Shown here: one piece after another, positions 52,873 through 64,000 of the stretch
Layout: every line of letters starts with the position of its first letter
Position numbering within the stretch: the first letter of the stretch is position 1
Made by a program: the position numbers and the translations under genes
Assembly (NCBI GenBank): GCA_951406725.2
Contig: OX597816.1
Coordinates: 150,970,001 to 151,034,000 of the forward strand
Direction of reading: 5' to 3'
DNA from: Octopus vulgaris
Lineage: Eukaryota
Length of the DNA: 64,000 nucleotides
Notes under the pieces: model-generated
What the model was told of the DNA's origin: nothing
Seen by the model: the letters and a program-made list of their open reading frames with translations, nothing else
Database searches by the model: none

Positions 52873-53822
52873 CAAGAGGGTACCCAAAATTAACCAGAAA
52901 TATTTTCTGTGGGAAAAAACCCATTGTCGTTCAGGCTTCTGCTATTAGAAGCCACTTCATGTGACTCTCAGGCATTCATCTGCAACCAGCCTCGTTGAGC
53001 AAAGTTGTACTGCCATGTGATGTGTCTTCGTTTTGCAGTGCTTCTCCTGTTTGTCAATTTTTACAATAGCTGAAACAAAGGAACAACATGCTTCCATGGA
53101 ATTTTGTTTTCTGCTGGGGAAAATGGCAGCTGAAACAGTTGTCATGCTTCAAACAGCTTACAAGGATGCTGCCATGAGCAAAATGCAAGTTTGCAAGTGG
53201 TTCCCACGCTTTAGGAATGGTCACTTGTCACCTGAAAACCAACCTCATTCAGGATGACCATTGACCTCTCAAACAAATGAAAACATCATGAAAATTCATG
53301 AATTGATCACTGAACCTGAATACATGTCATGAACTGAAAGAACAGTTGGAAGTTGATCCAGACCATTTTCCAAAGGTGGTGGTGGGTGGATATATGGCTG
53401 GGTGGTGCTGAAGGGCTAAAGTATGACAGAAAGACAAGCACAGATGTCTTGCTATAGAGGAGCTATATGGCTGGAGGAGATAAAAGGTAGGTAGTAGTGA
53501 GGTGCAAGAGCAAACTCTTAAGGGTCATGAAGGTGAGCACTAGAGAGGGTGAGCACAGAGAATCGAAGCTCATCACTGGTGACGAAAGTTGGTGTTATGG
53601 AATTTGAAGATGCAGAAGAGGTTAAGAAAAAAAAACAACGGAGGCATCAAAAGGCATCACTTTGCAAGAGTTCTAGTACTGCTTTCAATAGTGGAAAATG
53701 TGTCTAGACCAATGCATTGCTTCAAATGGAGAATATTTTGAAAACAATAAAAGCGTAAGCATGTAAAACTAAGTGAATAAAATAATATTACAAAATTCTG
53801 CTTTTTTGGGGGTACCCCTATG
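52873..53822 (+). mobile_element. Mariner internally deleted element
   Basis: TA-flanked TIRs CAAGAGGGTACCCAAAA / TTTTGGGGGTACCCCTATG; FCFLLGK.A.ET, ITGDESWCY and CI...GEYFE; RTE-UTR insertion ~53320-53560. Confidence 0.88.
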
Positions 53823-54811
53823 TATACACACGTACACACACACATATATATATATATAGAGAGAGAGATGAGACAGATATTCTTCATGCAGAATATACTT
53901 CTTAATGCTCAAGAGGTTTAAACTTGAGCAGGTAGAGGAGTAAATGTGAGGATAAGCAAGATAGGCAAATTGATATACATAAAATATTAAATACATTTAA
54001 ATATATTTTGTATACCGACATGCCTAACTTGTTTATCCTTACATTTATCTCTTATTATAAAAGGCAGATTTTATCTGCCTCCCTTTGGGAGTTATACAAA
54101 TCTACAATATAGGATTTCTTCAATTACAATTTACCTAGCATTTTACCTAGCATTTTTAAGAGTACAATGCATCGCGTCATGCCAGGTCCAGTTTTTAAAA
54201 TTTAAACTCCAATTAAGCAAAATTTACAGAAAACTCACATTCTGGTGTGTGTGTCAAATGCTTTTCTTAGTCTGGTTTACACCACACGCAAACGCACACA
54301 CACAGTGGGCAATGAATAAACTGAAACTAATTCACTGTGTGTTGACAGGTAGAAAATAGAATGCGATGGCGATGGCTATGGCGATGGCGATGGCTATGGC
54401 GATGGCGATGTAATATTTGTTTCTCTCTATGACGCTCATAAAAGCATTGATGTACATGTGTGCGTGCGTGAGTGTGTGTGTGTCATTCCTCACACACACG
54501 CATACACATACATATATGAGAGTGGCAAACACAAACGTTTCAAACAACTACATACAAACACGTGTGTGTTTGTTATTAGTAAAAAAAGGCGCCAAAACAC
54601 AACTCACTTATCATTCCAACACATTTGCAAAGACACACGGACGGTCGAATAACAATACAGAAAAGGTAAATTGGTTTTTATTTTACTCTGTATATATTTT
54701 ATTATATAATATTATATATAGATATATGTATATATAATTGCAGTATGAAACAGTGTTTATGTATAAACAGACGACACTTATATATAGTTATTAATAAATG
54801 TATGCATCCGT

Positions 54812-55642
54812 TTAACCCTTTCGTTACCAAACCGCCCGAAAAAAATTTTGGTTAATGTGACCAAGCCGCCCGAATTTACCTATTCATATTTAAATGAGAA
54901 TATCAGAGTAAATCTCTTTAGAACATTCGTGAAAACACGTATTATACTTCGTAAACAGTTCAACTACAGTTTTGTACAAAAATCGAAGTGTAATTTTAAT
55001 TCCGTGAATTATGGGAGATTTTTTTCCGAAATTTGTTCCTATTGTGTTTTCAAAATTTGTAATTCTGACAAAAAATGGATACGAATTTCATTATATCAAG
55101 CAGCGAGTCAGAATTCGAAGGATTTTCTACTGAAGACCTTCATAAATCTAACTCTATGACTGAAAAAAAAAAGCATGTGGTATTTGATCTCAACCTAAAC
55201 AAAGCGAAAGAAACGATAGTTTGTTATTTCCCACAACCTTAAATGAAATTAAGGCCTATTTTGCCATAAATATTATTATGGGTATTAGAAAGTTACCCAG
55301 AATTACAAATTCTATCGTAAAATTTTGTTGTATACCCAATTGAATATTAGCTAATAACCCATTTTCTATAACGATGTTTGAACAAAATTTTAATAATTTT
55401 ATATATTGTTGAATTTACCTGTATCTACCTGCAATTAGAGTCACTTTGTGACAAAAATTATAGTATAGAATTGGTTGAGAACATTTCACTAAATTATCTT
55501 CCAAAAATCAGATTAATATATTCATAAATAAAAAAGTTATAGTTGTTTAATGAAACCAGACTAAATTTATGATTACGTTAGAAATTAATTGAAACACATA
55601 AGGGGTGTATTTTGGTCAGAAATATAGTAACGAAAGGGTTAA
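54812..55642. mobile_element. piggyBac-type MITE
   Basis: TTAA TSD with perfect 12-bp TIR CCCTTTCGTTAC / GTAACGAAAGGG. Confidence 0.88.
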
Positions 55643-55750
55643 GAAAAACCAAAAAATATTTTATTCTTTGTAAATGTTGTGTTCAAAATAACATTTTCTT
55701 TTAAGAATGTGTATATAACAAAGTATGTGTATATAACTACGTGGCTTATA

Positions 55751-56137
55751 TCTTTATATATAAGAGTGAAGTTGTGTGTCTGTCTCCTACGATTTAGATT
55801 CGTAACTACTCCCACATTTTGCGGTGTAGTTTAACCAAAAGCGGGTATCTTATAGTCGTGATTCATATCGAGCCCTTCTGGGTATTAGCGCGCGTCTACG
55901 ATGAGTCTACGATTTTAAAAAAATTTACCATCATATTTTTCCATTTTAATGCATATTTTTCGTTATTATATAAGGGAAGTAACTCTCTAAAAATATCTAC
56001 GATGTGTCAACGATTTAAAAAAAAAATTACCTTAATTTTTTTTCAATTTTTAATGCATTTTTTTGCTATAACTCTCTAAAAATGCTTATATAGTTATTTC
56101 CCTTACAAACCCGAGCAACGCCGGGCGATACTGCTAG
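55751..56137 (+). mobile_element. Non-autonomous Helitron (a second 5' end at 54048 may extend it)
   Basis: A|TC start, GC hairpin cccgagcaacgccggg 56110-56125, CTAG|T end at 56137. Confidence 0.8.
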
Positions 56138-57299
56138 TATATATATATATATACTCACACACATGCACACCCATATGTGTGTGCACACACATGCATACAC
56201 ACATATGTATAGTGTTTTATTTAAGCTGAAAATACTTCACAAGCTCAGTGCAACTCTCTGATGATCAGTTACATAAAATTCTTAATAACAGTTTGTGAAA
56301 GTTTTTCAGCTTCAATAAAACACTTCAGTACTCGAGAGTTATTTTTTTCCACCGTGTTTTGCACCTATACACTTGCATGTGTGTATATCTATATTTATAC
56401 CTATATCTACATATATGCATGCGAGCGCACACACACACACACACACACACATTTATATTATCCTCTTCATTACTTCATCATCATTTTATGTCCATTTTTC
56501 AAACTACGTTGAGCAAGATATCACAGAGTGAGTCAGTTCTTAGTTGAAGCTGGTACTCACCAAAATGTTTTGGTGACCATGTCTCACACATTGATTTCAA
56601 TTTAATGCCCTCTACAACTGGATACCTTTCCTATCCCTATCTGCTTTACAGAATGAAGCAGGTGAGTTCATTCATGACATCGTGCCCTAGTATATTTGTC
56701 AATTCCTTAAGGACAAGTTGAAAATTTTTCTCTACCTTAAGTTATTTCTATTCATTCACCAACCACTTGGTAGAATACATTGGGGGTAGATTTCATTGAC
56801 ACCAGCATTAGAGAAGTTGTTTTGTCTCAAGCAAGACAACGAAAATTTATTCTATGTTACTTCCATCTATTTATTTACCAGTACCAGAAAAAGGTCATCT
56901 CATCCCTGGCACTGATAAAAAGGAACAAGTTGGAGAGAACAGAAGAAAGAGGAGAGAGGAATGGAAGAGACCAAAAGTGATAGGATCAAGACTGTAATAG
57001 AAGAGGCAGGAAAGGAAGGGGGGAGAAAGAGAGAGAGAGAGAGAGAAACAGCTGGATGGACAGACAATGAGGGAGAGCTGCTCAGTGATTTTTGGTGAAG
57101 AGATTGGATAGAAATCCAATAAGTTGATAGGTGATAAAGACAGTCATAGAGGGAGAGAGAGTAAAAGTGAGAATACTGAAAGTGAAAGAGTGATGATAGA
57201 GTTTTATTTACAATCAGTGGTGGAGGATAGATTTCAATTTTGTTCATTAAATTTAATTCTTTGATGTCACACTTAACCAAATTGTTCATGCATGATAGG

Positions 57300-57459
57300 C
57301 ACAGGCAGGGCTGTGTGATAAGAAGTTTGCTTCCTAGCCATATGGTTTGAGATTCAGTCCCACTGCATAGCACCTTCGGTAAGTGTCTTCTACTATAGCT
57401 ATAGGCTGACCAAAGCCTTGTGGAATGGATTTGGTAGACGAAACCTGAAAGAAGCCTGT

Positions 57460-57496
<37 letters not shown>

Positions 57497-57725
57497 ACAC
57501 GTGTGTGTGTTTGAGTCAGTGTTTGCCCCCCACCATTGCTTGATAACTGGTGTTGGGGTGTTTATGTTCTTGTAACTTAACAGTTTGGCAAAAGAAACCT
57601 ATACAATAAGTACCAGGCTTAAAAAATAGATAAGTACTGGTGTTGAGTCATTTGACTAAAAGTTCTTCAAGGCAGTGCCCCAACATGGCCACAGTCTAAT
57701 GACTGAGACAAGTAAAAGATAAAAG
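57300..57725 (+). mobile_element. tRNA-derived SINE with internal (TG)n
   Basis: ggctgtgtgataagaagtttgc..gattcagtccc head; 3' gcagtgccccaacatggccacagtc shared with 8985 and 19380(-). Confidence 0.7.
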
Positions 57726-59262
57726 AAAAATTATCTAGAATTTTCCATAATGCTCTAACTTCTTCCAGCTTCCAAAATCTTTCTTAATACTATTTCTTAC
57801 ACATTTAAAGCTGTGCTGCTTTTAATTCTTCACTCTTAGCCAAGTCATTAACTGTGAAGTTTGAAATCACAGTAACCCTGTTCTTTTTTTTTTGTCTGAT
57901 AAAAGTTTTTGACTCTAGTTTGTTATTAAGACTTTTGTTTAATTAATGTTTTTTTGATGTTTTTAATTTTACTAAAAACACCAACACCAAATATTAGGCT
58001 CCTCTTTCAAAAGTGAGAACTTCCTACAATGCTGACTGAAATTTCAGAGCCCCCACCCCACCGAGTTTCTTCCTCAAGACATAGTAACCACCCTCCAACT
58101 CTCTCTTTTGCTGCAGAATACTGCAGCTGTAATTAAATGTGGGCAGAGCTGCATATTTCATCAGTTTTTCTCTGATACCACTTTATCTTTCCTGCTACCC
58201 AGAACCACTACACCTGATATCCATCCTTCATTCTTAATACTGTCTACTTCAACCACAGTTTACATTGGTCACCCTCCTGAGCCACCAAATTATTTCTCCT
58301 CCACCAACACACATCTCTCCTCCCCTTTCTCTTCATTTACTACACTCTTAGAATCTACACAACATCTCACTCTTTTTCTCCCTCTCTCTCCCCCCTCTCT
58401 CTCTCTTCCATCCTTCCTCATCCTTCCCCTCTCTACTTTATCATTATTGCCATTCTGCTGCTCTCCACCCACTTCTATGCACTGTCAGTCATCTCCTCTT
58501 CCCTGATTACCCCAATTCATAGTCACATCTCAACACCACCCAATTTCTACAGTTGTCACCTACTCTTCCCTCTCTCCTCCTTATCTCCCCTCAACACTTG
58601 TTCTTTGTTATATTCACCCCTTCACCCATTCCCCACCACTAATCATCTCTCACTCTTCCATACACTCTTGCATCCTCTACCTACTCACACTTTCTGTTCT
58701 TCTGTCCTCACTCTCTTCTGCTCATCTCCTATCTTGAGGGTCCACCCTGAAATCTCATTATCACCATTATTATCCTTTTCCAGCTCCATCCTAGTTACTT
58801 CCATCCTCTCTTCTGTAATCAGAGTTTCCAGGTAGCTCCTCTACAGCTGGAAATCTGTTCTTTTCTGACCCCTTCTTTCACACTTTAACCCTTCATCTCA
58901 TAGCATAAAGCTACCTCCCTTGCTACTGTAGTCCCCATCCCGGCACGTAGTCAAAGAGAATCTTAGTCTTGCAGGATACATAGCAACTTAATAAAGTTCT
59001 GGTGCTACAAAAAAGTGTCCAGTACATACGGTACAGTAGATGACATTAAGAAGGACAACCAGCCATAGAATTTATGCCAAAGCAGACCTTGGAGCACATG
59101 CAGTCTTTGGACTCATCCAATCCTATCATCCTGCTCATGCCAGCATAAGACATGGACTTTAAATGAAGGTGGTGGTGGCAATGACAACAATGACACCAAC
59201 AGCGACAACAATAACAGTAGTAAATAGAAAGCATATCTTTCCTTAAAAAATTCACTCAGGAA

Positions 59263-59990
59263 TCATCATCATCATCATCATCATCGTTTAACGTCCGTTC
59301 TCCATGCTAGCATGGGTTGGACAGTTCGACCGGGGATCTGGGAAGCCAGAAGGCTGCACCAGGCTCCAGTCTTATCTGGCAATGTTTCTACAGCTGGATG
59401 CCCTTCTTAACGCCAACCACTCCGTGAGTGTAGTGGGTGCTTTTTACGTGCCACCTGCACAGGTGCCAGGCGAGGCTGGCAACGGCCACGGTCAGATTGG
59501 TGTATTTTATGTGCCACCGGCACGGAAGCCAGTCGAGGTGGCGCTGGCATCGGCCACGAGTCGGATAATGCTTTTTACGTACCACCAGACCAGGGATCCT
59601 GGCTGGTTCAATTCGATTTCGCTTGCCCCAACATGTCTTCGCAAGCAAAGGGGGTTGGCATGGGTGCCTGTCGTACGGTTGGATTGGTGTATTTTACGTG
59701 CCACCGGCACGGAAGCCAGTGGAGGCGGCGCTGGCATCGGCCACGAGTCGGATAGTGCTTTTTACGTACCACCAGACCAGGGATCCTGGCTGGTTCAGTT
59801 CGATTTCGATTTCGCTTTCGCTTGCCCCAACATGTCTTCGCAAGCAAAGGGGGTTGGCATGGGTGCCTGTCGTCGGATGAGGTTCTATATCGACTTCGCT
59901 TGCCTCAACAGGTCTTTGTGTCCAAGGGAGGAAAGGCATTCATAAGTGGGCTGGGCTCACTTGTCCTGCCTGGTCTTCTCACGTACGAAT
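59263..59990 (-). mobile_element. Young GC-rich RTE-tail element with 187-bp internal tandem duplication
   Basis: Units start at 59495 and 59682; CpGs intact; (GAT)n tail on the minus strand. Confidence 0.85.
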
Positions 59991-60903
59991 ATTGTAAGTA
60001 ATAAATATGAGTTGAAACATTTAAGAACCATCCACCTAGTATCTTCTTGCTACTCAATGAAAATATGAAGAATTCTGAAATATATTTAATCAAGAAAAGT
60101 AGAAACATTTTTGTTAACTCAGGTTAAATGAAAAATCTATATGAAAATGACAATAAAAAAACCCGATATCTCTCTGATTTGATCTCCAGCACTTAAAAGA
60201 AAACATACAACATAGCACTAAATGGCATAAATTCTTCTGCTAAAGACAGCCACTAAATAAAATGATAATAAAACATTTGCTAAAGCCACAAGAGCTTTAT
60301 TCTAACTTAAATGACCACAAAAATAACATCTATCAACAACTTCCTATTTAACAAATAAACTCCTCCAAAACCAATTTAGGTGTAACTAGAAGTAAAATGG
60401 ATTTTTTGCTACCAAAGTTAAAAAGAAATATCTCAGTTACTATCGCACAATAATATAAGCCTCGTACTAAGTTGGCTCACCTACATCTAAAACCAGAAAA
60501 ATTGCTTTTTTTTCCAGTTTGATACCTTGAGAATATCACATTCCTATTTCCAAATTCTCTATTAATCTATTAACTATAGAATTCTACCACATCAGTAAAA
60601 CTTCAGATCATTGAAACAATACTGGAAACTAGAAAATTTCTTCTTTTCTACCTTTCAACATTCGTCTGAACCCTTCGTTGTTACTATGAAATCAAAGAGT
60701 TCAGCTGAAATAAACAACTTCATAAGCTAATATATCCTGAATATCCTCCAAAACTCTGTTTCTTTTCCTTCAAAGCAACCTTTTCCTTCTTTTTACCAAG
60801 GGAGTGAATCTGCAGTCCACTGGTCACTTAACTGTGTGTGTGTGTGTGTGTGTGTGTGAGTGTGTGTGTGTGAGTGAGTGTGTGTGTGTGAGTGTGTGTG
60901 TGT

Positions 60904-60949
<46 letters not shown>

Positions 60950-62471
60950 CATCGTCATCATCATTTAACATCTGTTTTCCATGTTAGTATGTGTTCGATG
61001 ATTTGACTGGTGCTGGCTAACTAAAGGACTATGCCAAGCTATATTGTCTTGTCTGCTTTGGTATTGGTCTTATGGCTGGATGCCCTTCCTAACACAAACT
61101 ACTTTACAGAGTTACTGGGTGCTTTTTATGTTGCACCAGTACTAGCAGGGTTACCAAATAACTTACAAAACAAAGACCCTTTGACTAGGAAGGGGTGGTT
61201 TTGTGCCAGTTGATGAGAGGTTAAGGTATAATAGAAGAACAGAGACCAGTATCTTGCAGTAGAGGAGTAAAGGAAAGGAGCGAAAAGGAGAATGAGAGAG
61301 TGGTGGTGGAGAGATGTTGAAACATACTCTCAGGATAGAGGAGGATAGAGGAAGAAGTTTCATAACAGTGTGAGGAGATGGTTAGAGATGAGGTAGAGGT
61401 AGGATACACACACACACAAACACACACACATACACACATACCTTCATAAAAAATTTTGAGCTCAGATCAGTGCCTAAAAATTGTCAACTTCTTAGATATT
61501 ACATGATATCTAGACAAGGCTAAATATTGCTAATCAAAAAAAGAAAATCGAAAAGTCCCTCCAAGTAATCAAACTAGCAAACCATAGATAATCTTGTCTA
61601 TAATATTTCCTTATGAGCTTTCTCTTTATCATCTATTCAATGGGTTTTTAAAGAAACTGTTCTTCTCCTTACTTAAAAAAGTAGGTTCACTGATGAAGTA
61701 CAATACTATCCAGAACTTCCATCTTATAGTAACTAACATGGAAATAGGAAAATAAATATTAATTGGTATAACTCACCATCTACCCAGCTTGTAACTACAC
61801 CCATAGACAAAATTTTCCTCAAACTTTTATCTAAACAATTTCCCACCAACCCAAAAATATCATAACCTTGTTAAAAAATATACTTTGAGACTCTCCTCCA
61901 TAACTACTCATGCTATCATTATGCATAATTTTGCTAAATTAAATCCTAACTACTGTGTAAGTATCCTCCTTTTGTTTTGATTGGAACAGTTCCTACTTCT
62001 AAGACAAACTGTTCTAATCAGAGCATTTGTCTTATAAAAGAAAACTGCATAGCCAAAGAACTGGCTCAGTATGCTATTATTAATTTCCAGTTCCCTGATA
62101 TATCATTTTACCTACTCTCTGTATGATATTTTTGATAGAATGCTTGTGTTTACTTGAATTTGTATTTTCCTGAATATTTTTACATCAAATTGTAACATAG
62201 ACACATTTTTTCCATTATATATAACAGGTATCCTTTACTGAACAAACACTTCGTTTACAAGTGTACTTATCAATGCCTTTGTGCATAAACAGATGAATAT
62301 ATTTTTGCATTATAGCACCAACACCTGCTTGGCCTAAGTTATACATATGGGAGTATGTGTTGCGTGTGTGTGTGTGTGTGTGTACATCATCATTACATGC
62401 TTTTTTGTTTTATCTTTTGATATCTAGTTTTCCATACTTGCATGGGTCAACAGGAGTCTATTGAGACAGAT

Positions 62472-62508
<37 letters not shown>

Positions 62509-62544
62509 TGTATGTATGTATGTATGTATGTATGTATGTATGTA

Positions 62545-63020
62545 TATGTAATCAGTATTCAATTAGTAGAAGAAAAGAAAATGATGAGTTGACAGTTAAT
62601 AATTATTTATTAATAAATTGATAATTCTTAGTTCCTACAGCTGTTTCCATTAGTGCTCATTAAATAAATTATAAATTTATGCATAAAATTTGCATTTATA
62701 AGATATGAGCAAAAATATCATCAGGGAAAAAGATATAGATTAAAAGATTACATGTTGACCTCTTAGTCTATGCCAGTGAACTCAGAGCCAACTGGTATGA
62801 ACTAAGAGCTCAACATATAATCTTTTAATGTATATCTTTTTCCTTGATGATACTTTAACTCATACTTTATCAATACAAATTTAAAGCCTAAATTTGTAAT
62901 TTATTTAATGAGCACTAATGAGAACAGCTGTAAGAATTAAAAATTATCAATTTATTAATAAATAATTATTAACTTTCAACTCATTTTCTTTTCTTTTATT
63001 AATTGAATACTGATTATATG
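62545..63020. repeat. ~470-bp imperfect palindrome (arms ~230 bp, 13-nt spacer)
   Basis: 62545-62777 is reverse-complementary to 62791-63020. Confidence 0.92.
62632..62728 (-). ncRNA. Type-I hammerhead ribozyme motif with intact catalytic core
   Basis: Minus strand reads ttcc-CTGATGA-tatt..tgctcat..atgagca..aatg-GAAAC-AGCT-GTA-ggaa; all core nucleotides, stems I/II/III and a GUA cleavage site are present. Confidence 0.7.
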
Positions 63021-63099
63021 CTTAATATATACCTATTGATTTAAGGAAATTTTATTTCCCAAAAATATTAGGTATAGAACCAGTGTTTTCTTGGTTGTA

Positions 63100-64000
63100 A
63101 TCATCCTTTTAAGAGGTCAATATATCCTCTTCAAATTTTATTTAATTTGCTTTGTGGGAGCAACTGTTTTATCGAAAACGTATCTTGTTGTGAATTGCTC
63201 AAGATACGAAGTAGAAAAACAGCCAACATCTGATGAAAAGTCTTTATTTTATGTTGCTTGTCTTGTTTTCCATTTGTTTCTTTCACTGTTCACAAAAAAA
63301 GTTTGCATTCCATGTTTTTGTATTTCATGTTGTTTTTATATTTCATGTTGTTTACGTTCTGTGATGTTCTGTGCTCATATATGCATGTGTATATACATGT
63401 ATATGTATGTACATATATGTAGGTATGTATGCATATATATTTATATATTATTTAAATTATTATATGATTGAACGCCACACATCCATTTCCTAGTAAGTTT
63501 TATCTTAATAATTTCGATGCGACACTTATCCTATCTTTTTCTATTTCTCTTTCCTCTCCTCTTTCGTTTCCTCTCTCTCTTCTTTTCTCTAATTATTTTT
63601 ATCTTCCCTTCTCCCCATTTCATTTTTTCTCACTCATCCTTTCTCTAATTCTTTTCCTCTCCCCTTTGCCATTCTCTGTCTGTCCCTCTCTTACTTTTGC
63701 TCTCTCATCGCTTGCATGTGACCATTGGCCATCTTTCTTTTCCTAATTTGAATTTCTTTCTTTCTTTCTTTTTTTATTTCTTTCTTTCTGATCAGCTGCA
63801 GGGATAAGATGCATTCTTGTCTGTCTCCGGGCAGAGCTTGTTCCTCTGCATTCACCAAGTCAACTCATTCAGGTTTAGTAACCCTTCCTGTTTGTTTTCA
63901 CTGTCTTGTTTTTGTTACTAACTTTGACCCTCTGCAAAATCGCAAATTTTATTTAACTTTTCTTTGTGGGAGCAACTGTTTTGTCGAAAATGTATCTTGT
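63100..64000 (+). repeat. ~812-bp tandem unit (continues beyond window), related to 46560-47425
   Basis: ctttgtgggagcaactgtttt..cgaaaa.gtatcttgt occurs at 63150 and 63962. Confidence 0.7.

Noticed and set aside
59304-59945. 213-aa ORF
   Set aside because: Antisense reading of a GC-rich duplicated retroelement tail with no recognisable domain.
60000-62150. Possible L1/Tx1-like LINE remnants (also ~21.7-22.6 kb and ~35.3-37.5 kb)
   Set aside because: Only faint motif resemblance; boundaries cannot be supported without a search.

Overview
AT-rich, microsatellite- and transposon-rich animal genomic DNA. The repeat families and simple-repeat content most resemble an octopus (coleoid cephalopod); this is an inference. 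The only host gene I can support is a + strand class-3 aldehyde dehydrogenase (ALDH3/fatty aldehyde dehydrogenase-like). I assembled it by hand from 12 GT-AG exons (2213-28559; 412 aa, phases consistent; the N-terminal exon probably lies upstream of the window). It keeps the catalytic Cys, the WNYP Asn and the EEIFGP Glu, but the near-invariant ELGGK motif reads QLSSK and FTGS reads FAGS, so it may be an attenuated or repurposed enzyme. Both Ser codons are one A-to-G change from Gly, raising an A-to-I recoding hypothesis. The rest is mostly decayed mobile DNA: Gypsy, RTE, CR1 and L1/Tx1-like retroelements, Tc1/mariner, piggyBac-type MITEs, Helitrons and tRNA-derived SINEs. The most notable non-coding signal is a dispersed set of type-I hammerhead ribozyme motifs: one with an intact core inside a ~470-bp palindrome, several decayed ones, and ~755-810-bp partially tandem units resembling Penelope-like pLTRs or retrozymes. 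Most ORFs in the supplied track are microsatellite artefacts.
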